63,757 nt of DNA from Catajapyx aquilonaris (lineage: Eukaryota). Under the pieces are notes generated by a model. The model searched no databases, was not told the origin of the DNA, and saw nothing but the letters and a program-made list of their open reading frames with translations. The stretch lies in NCBI GenBank assembly GCA_000934665.2, contig JYFJ02001087.1, forward strand, positions 62,001 to 125,757. The letters are read 5' to 3'. The position numbers were made by a program, and so were the translations under genes. Shown here in pieces: positions 47,695 to 62,600 of this stretch. Each line of letters opens with the position of its first letter. The stretch's first letter is position 1.

Positions 47695-50600
47695 TATTCA
47701 AATCTCACTGAAAGTGGATTTTTATGAGGATTAATTTTATCATCTCTCACTTGGCCAGATTTCTACTCCCCACTGACCGTGCATTAGTATATGCCAAGAC
47801 TGCTTCAGTCTGCCGGAGTAGTTGTGCATGCAGGTTGCAATTGCCCTTGCACTCTATTTTTTGCACTTTGCTTGACCGACCACATTTGCATTTGGGTCAC
47901 CACATGTGACAAATGCGGTTTCCGTTCCGTGTCTGTTCTTCCAGCACTGGACTTGGAATTCAGTTGCAGCCCGGGCTGCACAAAAGATGCACGAGAATGG
48001 TTTAATTTAGTTGCGGATGTAATTGTGGTGCAAAACGTATTATCCTTGTGTGGAGGGGGCATTAGCAAGCAGGCTTTGTGCAGGTCTGGAATTGCACAGG
48101 ACTTTGAAAAGGTCAGCAGACAGTTGGTCGGAGAGGAGTTTGCTTAGAGGAGTTGGAGCAAGGATAGTAGCAGGAGGGAGGTGGGATTCTCTCATGTATG
48201 CTGGAGCAAGGAGCAAAGTTGCCTTTGCATGCACATGCTTGAATAATGGGAGGTTTCCAACATGGGGGCGGACTTGGTTCTATATTCGCAGGAACCAGGG
48301 GATGGTGCTCCCAGAAATTTGCAGGACTTGAAGGGTTCCTTTAATTAAAATTATTCATCGGGCGTGCACGTGATGTGCAATCCTGGCACGTTGCGGTTAA
48401 TTGGAACTTTAATAGCGAAACTAACGGATGGTTCAAACACGGTTTGGGCCCCGAGCTATGTTTGGATTTGACACGATGAATAACAAAATACCGCTATTTA
48501 ATTATGTAGCGATGCTTTCCGTTCCTTTAATTCATTATGTGGAATGTAATCACGCATTCAGTAAACTTTAATTAATTATCAGGCCATTAACAATTTTCTG
48601 TTGGTTTGGACGTGGATATTGTGCTCGTAAATTAGAGTGTAAAAGTTTGATAACGATTTTAAATTTAAAATGGCCTGCAAATGAGTAGGCTACCAGTAAC
48701 TAGAATATTTAATTCCGATAACGCACTCCGGATTTAATGGAACTTGGCGAAAAATTTGCCAATATTTATTTGCTACTATCTAGAGGCATAGAAAAAGCTG
48801 TATGCGAAGATAAAAAGTCAACATGGGAGACGGCAAGTTACACATTATTGAGCCCCTTTCATTGTGTGTATGACAAGGTGGAACATTCGGCAAGAAAGAG
48901 ATTGTTTACCCTTTGCAGTCACGAGCTTACAAATTCCGGTACAATCCCAGGAGTAATCGTGCTTCGATTGCTGCAGAGGTCTAGAAACCTACCTTTTTAT
49001 GTTCCTTCTCAGGACTGTCGAGTGAGGGGGAAAAAAGGAACTAATTTGAAACGAAATGATGGAAAAAATGGGAAATTCCTGTCTCGGATGTGAAAGACGG
49101 CAGGGGGAAGGCCAAATCGATTGCTCGAATTTTCCTAACAGTTTTTGTGTTCAACCTGGCTAGAAAAAAACGTGGAATTTGAGCAACCATCAATCGACCC
49201 GGTTTTTCGCATGTCCTCGGAAANGTAAAAAACAACCATTTGATTGCAATCAGGTCATTTTCCTATATAAGCAGCTGAGAACCTGTCGCCAAAAGTTTCG
49301 GTGGACCATCTTATGACTCGAAAATGGCGTCGCTTGTTTTGATCACCCTGCATTTCATAATTCAAAAGGACCTGCCCCCCCTTCTCTCCTTTCCACTTCC
49401 CACAGGATCGATCTAGCCTTCCGGAGCAACCTCCCCACCTCCTCTCTCTACTACCCGTGACACGATCTGTCCTTGCCCACCTCTGCGCCATGTTGAGCAA
49501 AAATTATTCATAGGAGGCGACAGGACGAGAAACAAATATTCACAGTGATATTGACGTGCTCCTGGCCAGAAAGAGTGAACCTCCCGAGAAACTCCAGGAC
49601 TTTTCGGGGGTGGGAGTTTGCCTTTTGGACTTGGATCCATCCGGATGGCGTTTCTCAAGGGGTGCTCAAAATTGGCTCACCCAACCCGGGTTTCCCAGAA
49701 GAAAAAAAAAAAATATTATTCGGATAGAAGCGCGGTAGAATGGGGCTGCCTGCCATCTATTGGCGAAAAGGCGGCGTCTCAGGCGTGAAGGCTGGTCTTT
49801 AGTGACCGCCTTAATACGTGAAGTCGCTGGTCGTCCAGCCTGGAAATGTGGGGAGGAACTGGAAAATTCTACGACTGACCAGGCAAGCAGGTGCTCCAGA
49901 TTCGTGGATAGGGATCAGAAGCGAGTTCAAAATACTGCCAAAATTTATTTAGGGCCGGTTTTATGACATCAAGAGAAAAATCCGATCAGATTCAGCATAA
50001 TATTACTTGAACCTTTTTGTCTTACCTCTTCTTGAGTTTAACTTGTAGGTGAGGATATTTCTGAAAGCGCTTTTGCCTCGGAGGCATCGAGGTTTTTGCT
50101 CGGAATATACTAAAAAATAAAGAAATTAAGCTTTTGGGAGTGCCCAACTTATAATGCTCTTTGTTTTTTGTTTTTTTGTATTTTTCAAGAAAGGCTTTAG
50201 CGCTGACAGGTTAGCCCAAGGGTCATAAAAGTAATCTTGCATTAAAATCGCGAATTTCATGCAACTCGGAATGAAAAAATGTGGGTCGAGACATAGCCTA
50301 ATGAAGCAAGATGATCAAGAGGATGAGTGTCACTTGCAGCGAATGTAAGAATGTGAGTCCTAGTTGCTCTCAGATTGGATTCGTGATTTGATTCAAGGGT
50401 GCTAGAGGAAAGTCTACATAGATCTAAAGAGCTTTTTAATCAAGAAAGAGTCAAATAATACTCTTAGATATTCATTTTGTGCAAGTCACAATTATGGGAC
50501 TGGTTCTGTCATTGATGATTTTGTGAAATGCCCAAATCAACAATTTGTCACCTCCAGTAGGCGAAGCAGCGTCAATGGATTCAATAGGTATTAGATATAT

Positions 50601-53600
50601 TGAAAATTCAAGCCGTAAAAAAATGCAACATGACGGTGAGGAATATTTATGAACGATATATGCCTAATTTAATATTACTGATGTATAAAGAAAGCCATAT
50701 TGTCAAGCGATCCAGGATGACTTAGAGTGTTGACATTGTATTCACAAAAGCGACCACAGAAGGTTGTTTTACTTGGGCTCGTTTTACTTCGAGAGGGTGT
50801 GTGTATGCGGAGTATTTTTCAAATATATTGGGAAACATGTCCATTCAAGCGAAGCGGTGTTATGCTTATTTTGGAGTGTTATTGGCTTATTGCAAGTACT
50901 CATGGCTCTGTACCAGTAAGGTACTGTTTTGCTGGCCATCCCCGCTCCGTCCCCCATTTTAGCGAAGGGCGGGAAGTAGGAAGAAAAAAAAGTTTGAAAA
51001 GCTCTGAAACACCACTAATTCCCGTTGGTACAGTTACGCATATAACGCCAAATAGTTGGTAATGAGTTTCAAAGTAATTATGGAAAAATTCGATATTTAT
51101 GAGCGAGTGGAAAATCTGGAAATCCTTAGTGCATTTCCTATCTCGTACAGTACATCACCATATCCAGAGATGATAGTATTTTTAAGGATTTTTTTTTGAC
51201 GTCACAGGGACGCAGTATTTTAATTCAAGTTGTTGACCACTCACATTTTTTAGGATTTCACTGCAACTTGACGTGTTTCGCTTGTGTCCTAGGGGCAAAG
51301 GGCGTGACCAAATGTCCTCATATCAGCACCAGGATGACGAGGTGAATGTGCGAAATTGCACAGCCCCCCTGTTGCATCCATTGCCCGCATTCCCGGGATT
51401 TAACTGCATTGACTGGCCGTGTAATGAACATTTCAGCTGTATCCTCTCTGCGTGCCACGCATCAGCACCTGGCATTTCACGCAGTTGCGAATATCGTATG
51501 GCCGCAGCATCATAATCGATGCTTCTGGAGAGAGCTTGCTCATTTCATAAATCAGACCTATTTGGTTTGACACGAAACTGCGAAGTCCGGCCCTTCCGGA
51601 GGGTTGTAAATCAGGTCCCTGACGAGTGCCGGAGCCTATCCGGTGGTTTCAATGACACGACGGACCTTGAGAGTTAGTGGAGGGTGTGGAAAGGACGACC
51701 GGGAATCAATGGCACGCTGTGTCGCCGACTAGTGGTCAACACTCCAACCTGTCCCCCATCACCCATCGCACTTAATATTTACCACCGTCTTATGTCGGTT
51801 AGAATATACCTAATTGAAATTGCACGAGACACCGCAATATCGGCCGGATCGCACCACTTGCTCTGGATGTAAACAACAACGTGGCGTATTGAACAATTAG
51901 GATAAGTGAGGCAATATTCAGAGAGGTTGTCTATAACTTCAGCGATATATTTCTCTCTCATATAACGGAAACTTGTTCAGATGGAAAATGTGCCCGGAAC
52001 TGAGCTATTTTGTCGTAGATTCACTGCACACTAAAAACCGTATTGGTGATCGTCGCACATCCTTTAAAAAAAAAGCCACCGATCTGCGGTCACATCTTAA
52101 ACATTGAATGAAATGACACTGCCGGAAGATGGCGCCAATAAGAAACTACAGTGGAGATGCAGTGTTGCTATGGGAACAGTACCTATCTGCTTTTCCACCC
52201 CCTCCTTCACCCTCCTCCAGCACTTCTCTCCCCTCCCTGGTTCTCCTGCACATGCCCAGTGTGGAGTTGCATGGCCGATGCGAGTGTGTTGGGGGTAGAA
52301 ATAGAAAGGCGGTTGCGGGGTTTGGACCACGCAACGTCGTGCTCCATAAACTCTTGACATATTATCATGATACGGTGGAGGTGGTACGGTTTGGAACCGG
52401 TCCGAGACCCCATATAAGAGAAAGAAGAAAAAAAAAAAGGAGTGCGGCTCTATTTGCGTATTTATAATTATTAAAACATATGTCAGGTCGTGTTTTTGGC
52501 GGGCGGTTGTGAGAGGCCGAGGGGGAAAAAAGAGGGGGTAGAGAGAGAGAGGGAGGGGGGGAGTGCGTGTGTTTTGAAAATGTGCGAAGTGATTCAGGGG
52601 GTGCGTGGGTGTGTGTGACATAATCGACATGGAAACGTCGGCGCCATGGATTTTCAGAAGGGCGAGTGTGGATGGCGAGCTGAAACAGAGTTGGAGCTGA
52701 ATCGCGGCCAGTTTTGTTGCGGGGTGTTTCTTATCAAGGACAGTTGTATTGGTAAGTTTGGGCAAATTATACAATAATTTGCAAAGCTGGCGATTTTTTT
52801 TTCCAGTTTTTGCTCCCATTAACGTTAAAAAAAAGTAACCTTTGATTTGCCACGGATGGTGCCAGAATCAATGCGACTAGCTTGGACTGACGGATGGGCA
52901 TGGAGCGATATCCAATATGTTAGCAATTTGCCAAATGAAGTGTGTACCACGTGATTAATCTATGTGGAAATGTTGCCACCTCGCTGCCTTGGTCAATAGG
53001 GATGATCTTTATGACCAGTAATGTGTGCCAAATTGTAGCCCATGGCGCCGTTAGCCTCGTTGTAAAGTAACATGGGCCGCATTTTTTAAGCGTAAATTTT
53101 TGCACTTATTACACACCAGGTTGCATAAGAAATTGCGACTTTGTGGTTTCTATAGCAGAGACGCTCCAAGTTTCAGGGAGCAGCGTCAAAATGTGAGAGA
53201 GCTTGGCCATTACGTCCATTGAAGCAGGTGCGACAATATTGTTGCCAATTTGTAAAGTGTCTGACGGTACCTTGCACTTTTGAAGTCGCGACGAGTGGTT
53301 CTGAACTGGCACCCCTAGAGCGTTATAAATTTGGCGTGTCCAGCCCCCCCCCCCCTCCCCTGCCTATCCAAAAGAANGAACACTATTTGGCAAGCGAGAT
53401 CTGCAGCAATCTCGAAAATGAATTGCGCATGTGACAGGCCTGTGTCAAACCTTAATTGAAAATTAAAGCCGCAGTATGTGGTCACTCTTTGTACGGTTTG
53501 TTTGCTCGATTGACCACTTGCGAAGGACATGCAACAAAATCGGCTACTCAGGGCGAAATCCGAGGATTGTGCTTCCCACGGTGACCAACTGGGCTTGACA

Positions 53601-56600
53601 AAGCTGTGCCAATCCTAGCGAATTCTGTTGTTTTTTTCAACCGTAGAGTTATAGGTAACAGGTATAAAAATTCGGCAGATTAAATGGATATTTTTTGTGT
53701 GAGTAGATGAGACGGGATATTAATTTCTCTGGTGGATTTAGGTGTATAATTATAGTCGTGTAATTAATGGGATGTAACCATTAGTTGAGAAAATGAGCGT
53801 GTATACCTTCCAAAACACTGCTATTTTTAGTCGATCCGACCTTTCATTGGCCCTCGAGGAAACTGGTGAAACTTGGTGTTTAATAATTAATTGCAGCGTT
53901 AGCCTAACCGTTCAAAATTGAAATCCTAGATGATCTAGCAATCAGTTCGGTTGATTTGAACTCTGATGACCTGACAATTATTGATCAGCATTAATTGGCG
54001 ACGTTATTTTTACATTCCCGGACGCCAGGTTGCGAATTTAATTACTCTCCTGCATGTCGTTATTAGTTATGTATTTCAATGTAATTTGCGGACCGATCCT
54101 GTCACACGCAGTGGGTGTACCGTGCCTATAATGTTAACGAGGCAATGTAGCCCTGAAGGCTAGGTTTTTTTTGTGTGTGTGTCTGTATGTGTTATTTCGA
54201 TGAACAGGAACCTATACTCCCAATGTACAGTGTATGTAACCTGTTCATAAAATTGGATCCCCTGCAGCCACATCATATAGAGCTAATACGACATATTTTG
54301 CGTGCTCTGCATGGAGCGGTATGCATCGAAAAATCTAATTTTCCACAGATCTTTTGCAGCGGTGCCAAGGGGAGAAAAGTAGAGCGCGTTTTGTGCGTCA
54401 GTTTATTACACCTCGCTTCCAAGTTAGGGAGAGCTTAACAATAAGGAGAGGTCGTGTCGAAAATAGAATTGCCTGGGTTCTGAAAGGGCGTCAGGTTCGA
54501 TTCCACATCAGTCATGTGTACGCTAGGTTTGATAGATCATCCGGCATGCACATGTGGTTGCCTATTAATTAGGATGGCTGCCGGGATTTTCATTTTGGGA
54601 TTGTGTGTGCGCCTGGGTGCAGTTTTGGAATGCACGGATGCCTCTCAGCCGATCATGAAATGATATGATTAAAGAAGAGTAAATTTGACAGGACGGCCGT
54701 GAATTACAGGGGATTACACGGTTTTGGTGGAAATGACTGAACTATCCAGGGAAGGGCGAAATTGGAGTTATTAATCGTTACTCCGTGGGGCGCATCTTTT
54801 CCGGTCAAGGCTGAATAACGTTCTGGGATCTGCTTATTGAATATTGTTGGCGGCTTGAAAGAGGATGCTGGGCTCTCCATGTTGATGGGATTTACGGAAG
54901 CGGATCAGTTTATCTCAGGAGCTCTCTAGATGATTGCTCAAACCTGTGCATTTCTAAAGGATTATGGTTGCATAACGACGCGGCTCTGAAAAGTACAGAT
55001 TGTAGGAATTTGGAGAAAATCACATTATTGACAAGCTGGAGTGCCAGCAACGTGTGAGTCACCAAGTATACTGTATACTTTCAAAAAATATAGAATCGCG
55101 ATGACCTGGTAGCCTGGTTTTTAGCTGGTGCAGCTGTTTTTGGTGAAAGGACACATCCGATGTAACCCGCCACAGTGAAATCGATATTACCGTTTGTGGT
55201 CTCGAACGGAAACCACGCCACAGTGATGGAAATGAAGAACATGTGGCAGCAAAAAATAAAGTTGGAGAGGTGGAAGTTTGCGGATTTCTTGGCAACTGTC
55301 CTAGTAGTTGCATTCGCGAAAGGCAGGTGTTGACCAAAAGGTCATTTTTGAGGTGAAGCACGCTGTTTTTTTTGACACTGTTTATTTCCACGCCGCAAGA
55401 AGCAATATTTTGAGGGGATAAGTATGTGGGTCAGTTTACCCGTAGCCTTATCAGATGGGTTTTAAGACTCAAATCCTGTAGGCGTACTCATCAAAGCGCC
55501 TGATGAAGACACTGCATCCAAACGAGGTTTTAAGAGGTCCAGCGCACTAATTTATATCCAGCGGCACGTCATAATTAATCATCCGGAAGATGATGGGTAA
55601 CAAACATGAGGGCGCTCATAAAACGGATTCTGGAACCGAAAATAACTTTGGAGCGAGGTTGGGCTCGCTTCCAGAAATGACCAGTGTCAAGGCTGTGAGG
55701 AAACTCAGGCCCTGAAAAGGAGGAAATATTGTATATTAGGAACAAGAGACAGAGACAGAGTTCTTCTTTCTCCTTTGCCACTTAGTTATTCAAAGACGGG
55801 CACCGGCAGACGCTTTTCTCCATCGCCTTTTTATCATTGCTTGAAGTTCTGACTGGAATGCTGTAACAGGTCCCTCGTCATTTCAAGTACCTGCTTAAAA
55901 TTTGGAAGGAAGCGTGGAAGTATTTTGGCTCCAAGTAGAGTGACGCACTAGAAGCGTCGAGAGGATCGGACGAAAACAGTGGGCAAGTTGTGGACCATTC
56001 ACGCAGCCACTTCTTCTTCAGAGCTTCTAAAGCTGGCTTGGAAAAAAAATAAGCGGCTGTCCAATAATGTGGAAAAATCCGAAAATTCATCGAGAACAAA
56101 CGCGGAACATGAACATGTTTTTGACGCAATTCATAACAATTTTGCTGTTATGAAATGGCCTTTGAGGGCACATTTCTGGATGGGTTGGCCGTGCTGTTAT
56201 TTAGGAGTGGAAGTTAATCGTCGGATGTCGGACCCCCATGTATGGTTTGCCACACCCGGTTTGATACATGCTGAGCTGCGAAAGGTTTTGATGGGATAGT
56301 GGCCGATTGGGACACGTGGATGGTATCCGGATTCAATTTGCGCATGGGAGGCTGGGATCAATTCCTCACCCAGTGTCCAATATGTTCCCGGGAGACGCAA
56401 AATACCAACAATGACCGTGTCTTTTTGAGTTTTCACGCCGCTTCCTCTTTTGCATGGATGTGGGGGCTCGCTTTTTAGTGTTGTGAATGATAATATGGTC
56501 CCGGTGTGGAGTGTTGTCGGTTCACTGCGTACCTTGCCATTTATTGTAAGAGGGTTTTCCATTTGAAGTAGCACCTAATGCTTTTAGGTGCTATTTTAAC

Positions 56601-59600
56601 CGACTAACGCAAATTTCCCAAGTTTTTTTTCGTAGCATTTTACTCAGGTTGTCTGAAAAACTGATTGAGTCAGTTGGGAGGTTTTCACTCAATAGGGGGT
56701 GCACTCAGGATAATTGAGATGGAAAGCACTTCTGAGTTAAAAACTGCTATGGCGACGAATAGTGACTGTTGCGTGACACTATACAACAGTATGAGTAATA
56801 TCGACAGTGACGTCACCTGAAATACAGCCATTAGAGGATCGACTGGAAATGTGGCATCAAATTTGAATCAGATTTCAGGCGATGGGTGTATTATATTCCT
56901 CGTCAGTACTGGTAATGCTGATATGGCGCATTCCACGTCTGAGTGCACGGAAGGGACAAAAATTCTTGAATTTTCCAGCAGGTCAAGATGATGAATTGCA
57001 CACTCCAGCAAGCGAATGGGCTCGTTTTATATACGTGCGTATAACCTTGGCAGTCGGAGCGTGTGTGGAAGTACTAAATGCGCCTTTAGATATCTGAAAT
57101 GAGTAACCCATCATCTTGATCCCCTCGGCTTGCGTTTCTTTATGAACATCTTGGGGACGAATCCAGAGGGGGAGTGGATTTGTGTGGTTTCAACCTCCGC
57201 TTCTCTCATTTCGCCACAAAAAAATATATATATCCGGATTTATTCCAGATTGCATGTTCGTACTGTAATATTTCAATCCGCCTCTCGGGATAGGACCCCC
57301 GTCCCAAATCCTCTCGACATGAGCGTCCTGGATATTGCCATGCATTACGGCCATTCCAACAAGATTACTAAGTATAAAGCCATGTATTGGACATATTTAC
57401 CTGTAAATGGCGCGGGTGTAGTTTGCGTACTGTATTGTGAAGCACCGTGCTGTCGCTGAAAGCGAATGTGATTTACCTTTGCTAAAATAATTAGAGGTTT
57501 TGGGCCACACAATTATGGCAGTGATGCAAACATTTAGCCTGTGCTATTGCACTTCTTTTGACATTAATGCGTAGAGCGAAATATTGTTTCTATATGCGGC
57601 GCTTTTGATCGTTCTAAACCTACGTTTCACCTCGCCACCATAAAGGTCTTGCTGTAATCGATAGGTTCAGAAGCACACAAATATTGACGAGAGGTGATGA
57701 GAACCAGCTGAACATGATCTCCGGCCATTTTTTCCTCCCTCGTGCCATGTGATGTTATCGTCACTAGTTATTAAGCAGGCTAGAAAAATGACCATCCCTT
57801 GTCGGGGTTGATTAAGGAACAGGGTGGGATGGAGGGTGGTTGGGAAGAAAGAAAAAAAAAAACGTGGTCGGAAATTAATTACGTGGTATGGCCTGAGCGC
57901 ACTTAATCAATGATTCGTGCGACCTCTTCCGTGTAGTATGCCTCTGCCTGATTGAATATTTGTTTTAAACTCATGGAGTAACATGTCGAAACCAGTTAAT
58001 ATAATGTCAACACTAATGTGATGGGGCGACTCCCTATTTTCTGCACTCTGCACGCAAGGCCTGTTCAACTTGTAATTTCGAAAATGTTTCTGGCTGGGTA
58101 ACATCAATTTTGTTGCATAACACTGCCTGAAGCGAAGGAACTTTATTTCTGATTTTTAAGAACTCTTTAAGACCAAAGCAGTGGCTAATTTTCTGTATAT
58201 TTAAGCTGCTGTACAGTACATTGTGGTTCTCAACTGGAGAACTGGCAATACTACTGGCTGTACTTTTTTTAAAAAAAAATGAATCTGAGGTAGTTCTAAA
58301 ACTTGTTTAAACAGGTGATGGTGACACTGTAGTTTGGAAAATATTCTTAACTGTACGAATAGCTTTTTGACGCATAACACTGGGAGTAAATGAAATGGAG
58401 ATGATATTCCTCCCACATCAGAGGCTTCGAAACAGCGCCATTTGTTGAGTTTAAAATGTACGTTGCAGTTCCTGCTCTGGGCCCTGAGGGCTCTGCATGG
58501 TTACCGCGGAGAGAATTAGCTGGATAAGTGAGCCGAGAGAGAGGGAGAGGGGGGGGGGAGAGGGAGACGTGAACACTAATGCGGAACTAATGTAAACATT
58601 TCTGTATGCTTGGCTCCCAGCTCACTTTTCTCTCGGTAGAATTCTCGGCTGGAAGTTATAAGACTTATTATACGAGCTGAAAACTTTCTGGGTGTTCCAC
58701 CTGACGCTTTAGACAACTAGACTATACGTGTTCGCAATACTAGCTTGCATTGGCTCCAAAGTGCTGTACAATTCCAGAGCTGACAAACGCCTGCGATATT
58801 AACGCTTTTTTCTTTTGCCAACTGTCTGGAAACAGCCTGAAATTGCCCGGTTTCGGATCTTTTTTTTATATTGGGAGCCCCCCCCCCCCTCCCCCACTTT
58901 TTTTGTGCCGCATCTGAGTGTATAAACAGCAACCATTCTGAAGCCCACCTCCCATTTTTGAAGTTCATCTCGCTTCTCTGTATAGTAAGAACTTGCAAAT
59001 CTTATTACCTGAGAGTGTCGACTAACAGCAGCAGCTGAAAGTAACATGAAAGGGGGGTAAGGAAATTTTCTCGTCAAAGTTTTGAATTTTTAGTCGGCGC
59101 CCGCAATAAAGGCAGACCGGATGCTGGCTTTTAGAACGTGCCAGGGTACGAACCTTAATTTGCGAATTTAGCATCTTGAAAGCAAATTAATTTTAAAAAT
59201 GCATCGTTTCGCGTGCATTTTTGTGAGATGTCGAATTCATCAGAATTAGCACTGGAGAATCGATGCGTTTTTTTGTTGTTGTTGTTGTCAAGTCGCTATA
59301 TGGTTTATTAGTTTCGTGCCTGTGTCGTTTACACATGCACGCAGACTTCACAATTTTGGAGCGCGCATGTTGAGGTCTAATTCTGCGAATTCACGTGTGT
59401 GACGTGCGTGTCCATTTTTCGTTATGGTTCTGGAACCAGAAGTATCGTATATTTGGGAGGTGGCTTGAGATCGATTCGAAATCCGTGCCGGTTCAACCAC
59501 TTCTTTGTGCAGATGTCTCTCTCACACATACACAAAGAGGGGGGAAATTCTGCAAGCAAATTGTTCATTCCAATCCGCTATTTACATAATTACCTTTGTA

Positions 59601-62600
59601 AATATATCTCGTTATTCCGCCGGGTTATGGAAATGGATAACCGGAACAATTATCGAGCGGACCGGGACTGCTGCAGCCCGGGGGACGGTTGACTTCTGGG
59701 TCTAAACCTTATTTTCAGAAGGAAAACGATGATTGAAGCCCCCAGGCTCATCGGCTTATAATGCGGGGGATGGGAGTGAAAAAAAAAATTGGGAATGAGA
59801 AGAGGGATTGAAATAAGGCGGCGAGATTTGTCCGCAGGATTGAGACGCGGTTCATAAATGTATTAGTATGCGCATATCGAGCTGCAGGGACGGGTACGTG
59901 CTGGTGGGTTGGGTGCTATAGGAAAAGCACAACCGACATGTTCCCAGGCTGTGCTTGTTGTTGAGCAAACTATACAGTATTGAAAGTGGCGAATTGAGAG
60001 AGTCAGGAAGTTGCGAGCCCAATATCGTGGAGCCTTCATTTCGTGGGCTGGTCTTTTTCCAGAGAAACTAAGGGCTGATGCATAAACCGAGTTTACGTCT
60101 TATTCTGCTAATCAGGCACGAAGAGTTTCCTTCCACATCTCTAGGGAATTCTCTTGTAAAACGTGATGCTGGATTGGGACAGACAGACGGAGAGTCTGTG
60201 TGTGTGTGTGGGAGCTGAGGGAATAAAAAAAGAGGGCCGTTCGCTTTTCTTCTTACACGAATTTGATTTCCTGGTTTTTGGAGTAGAATTGGACGAGGAT
60301 TTGGGAAGGGGGGTTTTGAGGGAGTAGGAGGGGAGGGAGGATAAATGGTAGGCCTAGTGTAGCCAAGGCGAGGATTGGATGGACTGCAGGGGAGCGGTGA
60401 TCGATTTAGCGCATGTTGCGAACCGATGATGAAAACGTCTCTCGTTCCTACTGCTGCAGAAGAGAATTCACTTCTCTGTCCAATTACTACGTCTTCATTT
60501 TGTCCGAAATTGCCACTACCTTTTCCTTGAGTGAACATCTTCACTTACGTACTGTCGCCGTGTAATGTTTTTCATTCTGAAGTGTCAGTTTGGGGATCAT
60601 TTTTCAATAGTTTGATATACGGTATGAGCTATGTGTACTGGTACTGAGAACCATTTCCTGCACTCCGTATGTAATGTATTGTTGATGTTGTAGTGATATT
60701 GCATTACAAACTCAGTCATACTGGGCTAGAAAAAAAAATCAATGATTTTACAGCAAGCCTTGCATTATATAGTAAAGCATGCGTGGTCACACATTGCATA
60801 TGGGCATAAAATGTTCCAGTCAAAACTGATTTAATTACCGGTACTCAAAATAGCGCAATGTCCAGGAGCATATGAATGCTGCGCAACATTTTCTCACAGC
60901 TTCTGCACTATGAAACTTACTGGAAACCATAAATATTCCTCTATTGGCTGTGCATTCGCCGCCATTTTAAATCTTTGAGCCGTTCTCGTGCCCTGTGTAC
61001 CATAATTGCTCAGTGAATCGTGTCGGTGTCTTTACATCAGGAACGGACGAGTTAATTGATGCGGCTTAATTATATATTTGTTACCAGATCAGTTTTACCC
61101 TAATGAAAACTGATCACCTCATACAACTCCCTAGGAATATGCTGTTATTAATAATAATTATTATTAAATGCAAATGATTGGGGCCTGTAGTTTGGTGGCT
61201 TACTTGAATTGGAATATTGGAACACCTGGTCACGTGATAATAATAAGCCAATCAGGAACATAATTATACAGTAATATCTGTATTTGGTCCATATGACAAG
61301 CCAGGGATTGTACATGTGAAAAGGCCTTCAACCATATTTCGTAAAGCGGGCCATTTATAACACTAGTCTAGTGACTCATACCAAGCTTCTCCATTCAAGT
61401 CGTAGGCAATCATATCGGGACGTGCCCGAGTAGCATTTCCATTCATAAATGACCAACTTGGTGAAATATGGTACGGTCCTGTCACTGTCTCACTGCTGGT
61501 CCACTCCGTTGCAAATCGCCATTCATAATTGTTTCAACCAGGGCGGAATTCGACTACAGTTTAAACATTAAATTCAGTCGTGTAACGATATACCAATGCT
61601 GAACATGCTGAAAATTTTTGGTACACGTTTTAACATATTGTGGAGGCTCACTTAGTACGTACTGTAAGCACGTGCCGAGATTTTTCCGTCAGTTTTCTTC
61701 CCCATGACGTGACGGCACCAAAAGGGCTGCTTCCAGGATATAGCAGTATGTGCCGTTACAGATAGCGTGAGATAGTACTCCGAGGTCTAGCCATTTATAT
61801 TGAGTTTCCGGCCATGGCGCCAGGTACCTTCCAACTACCCTCGCTAATGGACTGCTACTGCGCGACTATCATTTTCTTTATATGAAATAATTATAGCCCA
61901 CCGGTCCGACCTGAGGAAAACCTAAAGGGAGTACGTGCATTTCCTATTTCAGCCGTCAATCTGCATGCTTAACAGCGATAAGAAGTGTCACGCGTACTCG
62001 AATGTCCATCGATTACCTAGCAGTTGTAAATTTTAGCAGCATTAGGCTTTCTTACTAATAAATTGTAATAGTAAAATGTCTTATTATAATAATAATTTTT
62101 GTAGGCGTTCCCATGATAAGTTGGTCGGGCTTTTTGCGCCTGCAGTTATGCCACACGCGTGCCAAGGGTGCGGTTGCATAACAAGTCAGGATGAATACCT
62201 TTAGACGAAAATGGCAGTCCAGTATACATACGACGTAGACCCCCCTACTGCATATTAAATCTGCAAAGCAGAACTTATAATTTATCAGCCATGTAGTTGG
62301 ACCGCTCTTGTGGAATTAGAGAAAAACCGCTTGTGATTAGTGTGGAATAATCCGTTTGTTAGGTATCCAAAAACGTGGAGGATTTCCAAAGATGCCTCGC
62401 TGGAATGGATAAAAGTTAGGATGCTGCTCACTCAACAAAGATAACTTTCACTTTTCCCAGACGCACTTTTTACTAGAAGCATTCTTGCGGAATTGGTTCC
62501 GGAGTGAATGCTTATGAGATTTAGGAGAACTGTTGACAGAGTCAGGGCCAATTAGAATTATCCACGAAAGTTGGAATTGCCGGAAACTTTAGGTAAACGT

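Noticed and set aside
52097..52819. 240-aa minus-strand ORF
   Set aside because: Built from homopolymer and GA-rich tracts (poly-Phe, Pro runs); no protein-like signal.
56633..56749. Possible small MITE remnant
   Set aside because: Inverted ends are short and gapped with no TSD; too weak to support.
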